DNA of 64,000 nucleotides from a virus: IMG/VR virus record IMGVR_UViG_2864926767_000001; one strand, 5' to 3'. Shown piece by piece: positions 62,057 to 64,000 of this stretch (position 1 is its first letter; each line of letters starts with the position of its first letter). The notes under the pieces were generated by a model. It saw only the letters and a program-made list of their open reading frames with translations, ran no database searches and was not told where the DNA came from. The position numbers and the translations under genes were made by a program.

Positions 62057-64000
62057 ATGAGCATGTTCAACGAGCTGTCCAAGAAAATGCAGGACAACCT
62101 GCGTAAATTCGGGATTGATGAGCCATGGCAGCTCCTGTTCAGCCTCCCCAAGAACTACGACGATTTCACCAAGCCGGCACTATTGTCGGATTGCTTGAAA
62201 CTGGATGTGGGAGACGGGTTCTACATCCAGGCCATGGTCTCCGGGGTTAGAACAAACACTGAGGTCGAGCAAGACAAGCGGAGCAAGGGCCAAGACGTCA
62301 AAGTCGCTGCACGCCCGTATTTGAAGATTGATGTCACTGATGGTGTGACCACGAAGTCCCCCCTGCACTTTGGATTCCAAGAGCCGTGGCTCAACGTCAA
62401 AAAACACCAACTCGGCAAGATCATCCAGCTCAGCGGAAGGATCGGCTCCTACAAAGGAGAAAACACCCTTGAGAACCTGAACCTCGTCCCTTACGAGGAG
62501 CAGGGCAAGATCAACCCCCGCTATAGGGGAAAAAAGGGGCTGATCGCTGAAGGCACCATCGCAGAGCTGACCAAGATTGCACTTCTGCACAGCGTCGATG
62601 ATGCAGCTAAGAAGATCTGCGAGACACTCGGCGAGGACGAGGCCAAAGTCCTCAGGAGCTGCGGCATAAAGTTCAACAGCCTGAAGCACCTGATCACCAC
62701 GCTTCACATGCCCAGGACTTCGGAAGACCTCAGCAAGGCCCTCAATGGCGCCAGGAGGCTCAATGCCTACCTGGGCATCCGGCAGGCCATGGAGTCGACT
62801 ATTCGCAAGCCTGTGCCCTCTGCAGCCGTCCCAATCGACAAGGAACTGATCAAGAGCCTGGTCGACCGCCACCCGTTCACCCCAACCGGCGATCAGCGCC
62901 GGGCGATCTGGGAGATGATCAAAGGGATGTCGCAGAACGTGCCCATGGACATGCTGCTGAGCGCTGACGTGGGTAACGGCAAGACCATGGCATTCGGTAT
63001 TGGCGCGGCTTATATGGCTTCGCAAGGCAAGAACGTGGTTATTCTCCTCCCAAACGCCGCCCTGGCCAACCAGGTGTATGACGAGATCAGCAGCTGGTAT
63101 CCGGAGCTCAAAATGCACCTGGTGCAGAAGGGCTTCAAAGGGACGGTTGAAGAGGGCTCCATCCTAGTCGGCACCAGTGCAGTCAACTCCTGGTTGAAGA
63201 AGAACCCGGAGTGGCGCGTGCACATGGCAATCACCGACGAACAGCAGAAGATGGGCGTGCTGCAGCGTCAGGAAATCAGCAAGGAGTACACCCACATCCT
63301 TGAGGCAACGGCCACACCGATTCCTCGGACGATGGCACAGACTCTTTTTGGCAACAAATCCGTCTGCTTCATCGAAGACAGCCCGGTTAAGAAGGAAATT
63401 GCAACCCACCTGATGGGTAATACCTTCCCCGAGCGCCGCAAGGTCATGGATCTCCTGGAGAAGGCCCTGGCGGACGGTAACAAGATCGCCGTCATCTACC
63501 CCTTGGTGGCGGAGAAGCAGGCCCATTACTACCACATCGCCGCGCAGAGTCTAAAAGAGGCCGAGAAGATCGCTGCGATGCTCAAGAAGACCGGTACGAG
63601 CATCAAGGATGTGACTGGAGTCGCGGATGCCCCTGATCTCCTGAAGCGCCTGGATGCCGACCGCGATACAGGGTTCGTTGTGGAGGTGCATGCAGAGGAT
63701 ATCGCCCAAGAGCGAATCCAGCAGCGATTTGATGAGTACCTCAAAGAGAATGCCTCCCTGGTGACGTACTTGGGCTCCCTGGTGGATGAGGCCCTCGTCC
63801 AGAAGAACCGGGCAACCATTGAGGCCGGCGCCAGGATGTGGGAAGCCAAGCACCCCGGTAGGGTGAAAGTCCTGCACGGCCGTGCTGACGAAGATGAAAA
63901 GACACGCGTTATCAAAGAGATGAACGCCGGCAACGGGGACATCCTGGTAGCTACAACCCTGGTTGAGATCGGCGTGACCATCGACAAGCTAGTGTGCCTG
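62057..64000 (+). CDS. recG: ATP-dependent DNA helicase RecG (3'-partial; absent from the ORF track)
   Basis: Own translation: LRKFGI...LLFSLPKNYDD, PFTPTGDQ, PMDMLLSADVGNGKT, ITDEQQKMGVLQR, TATPIPRT, LHGR, ILVATTLVEIGV; open to the window end. Confidence 0.9.
   Translation, partial: MSMFNELSKKMQDNLRKFGIDEPWQLLFSLPKNYDDFTKPALLSDCLKLDVGDGFYIQAMVSGVRTNTEVEQDKRSKGQDVKVAARPYLKIDVTDGVTTKSPLHFGFQEPWLNVKKHQLGKIIQLSGRIGSYKGENTLENLNLVPYEEQGKINPRYRGKKGLIAEGTIAELTKIALLHSVDDAAKKICETLGEDEAKVLRSCGIKFNSLKHLITTLHMPRTSEDLSKALNGARRLNAYLGIRQAMESTIRKPVPSAAVPIDKELIKSLVDRHPFTPTGDQRRAIWEMIKGMSQNVPMDMLLSADVGNGKTMAFGIGAAYMASQGKNVVILLPNAALANQVYDEISSWYPELKMHLVQKGFKGTVEEGSILVGTSAVNSWLKKNPEWRVHMAITDEQQKMGVLQRQEISKEYTHILEATATPIPRTMAQTLFGNKSVCFIEDSPVKKEIATHLMGNTFPERRKVMDLLEKALADGNKIAVIYPLVAEKQAHYYHIAAQSLKEAEKIAAMLKKTGTSIKDVTGVADAPDLLKRLDADRDTGFVVEVHAEDIAQERIQQRFDEYLKENASLVTYLGSLVDEALVQKNRATIEAGARMWEAKHPGRVKVLHGRADEDEKTRVIKEMNAGNGDILVATTLVEIGVTIDKLVCL

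Overview
About 64 kb of a GC-rich, Pseudomonas-like extrachromosomal replicon, most plausibly a conjugative megaplasmid or chromid. It is not a normal chromosome: housekeeping homologs sit outside their usual operons, among many hypothetical genes. It carries type IVB (Dot/Icm/IncI-like) coupling genes (dotM/icmP, dotL/icmO), a prepilin peptidase and a DsbC-like protein. There are two partition systems (ParM-ParR and ParA-ParB). A ~3.5 kb non-coding origin/centromere-like region holds ~16 copies of the palindrome TTCTGCA-AAA-TGCAGAA. Replication genes form an almost complete private set: DnaE, DnaQ, DnaB, DnaG, a DnaT/lambda-O-like plus lambda-P-like pair, an AEP primase and a P-loop ATPase. 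Also present are repair helicases/nucleases (Mfd, RecJ, RecD2, RecQ, RecG, RdgC, DprA-like), dNTP enzymes (NrdA, Gmk, dimeric dUTPase, 5'-nucleotidase), HU, an alternative sigma factor, SecA and an orphan FtsZ. Most notable observations: (1) an unexplained asymmetric 18-bp motif (YGTWCCYNRRATCRCGG core) in 11 copies inside and between genes from 5 to 35 kb; (2) an orphan FtsZ with an intact FtsA/ZipA-binding peptide; (3) a parM-parR-dotM-X-dotL operon in which X looks like a free-standing copy of the DotL all-alpha domain; (4) an NrdA lacking its C-terminal redox cysteines; (5) non-canonical C-terminal tails on many housekeeping homologs that could be T4BSS translocation signals. All assignments come from reading motifs by eye; no database searches were run.
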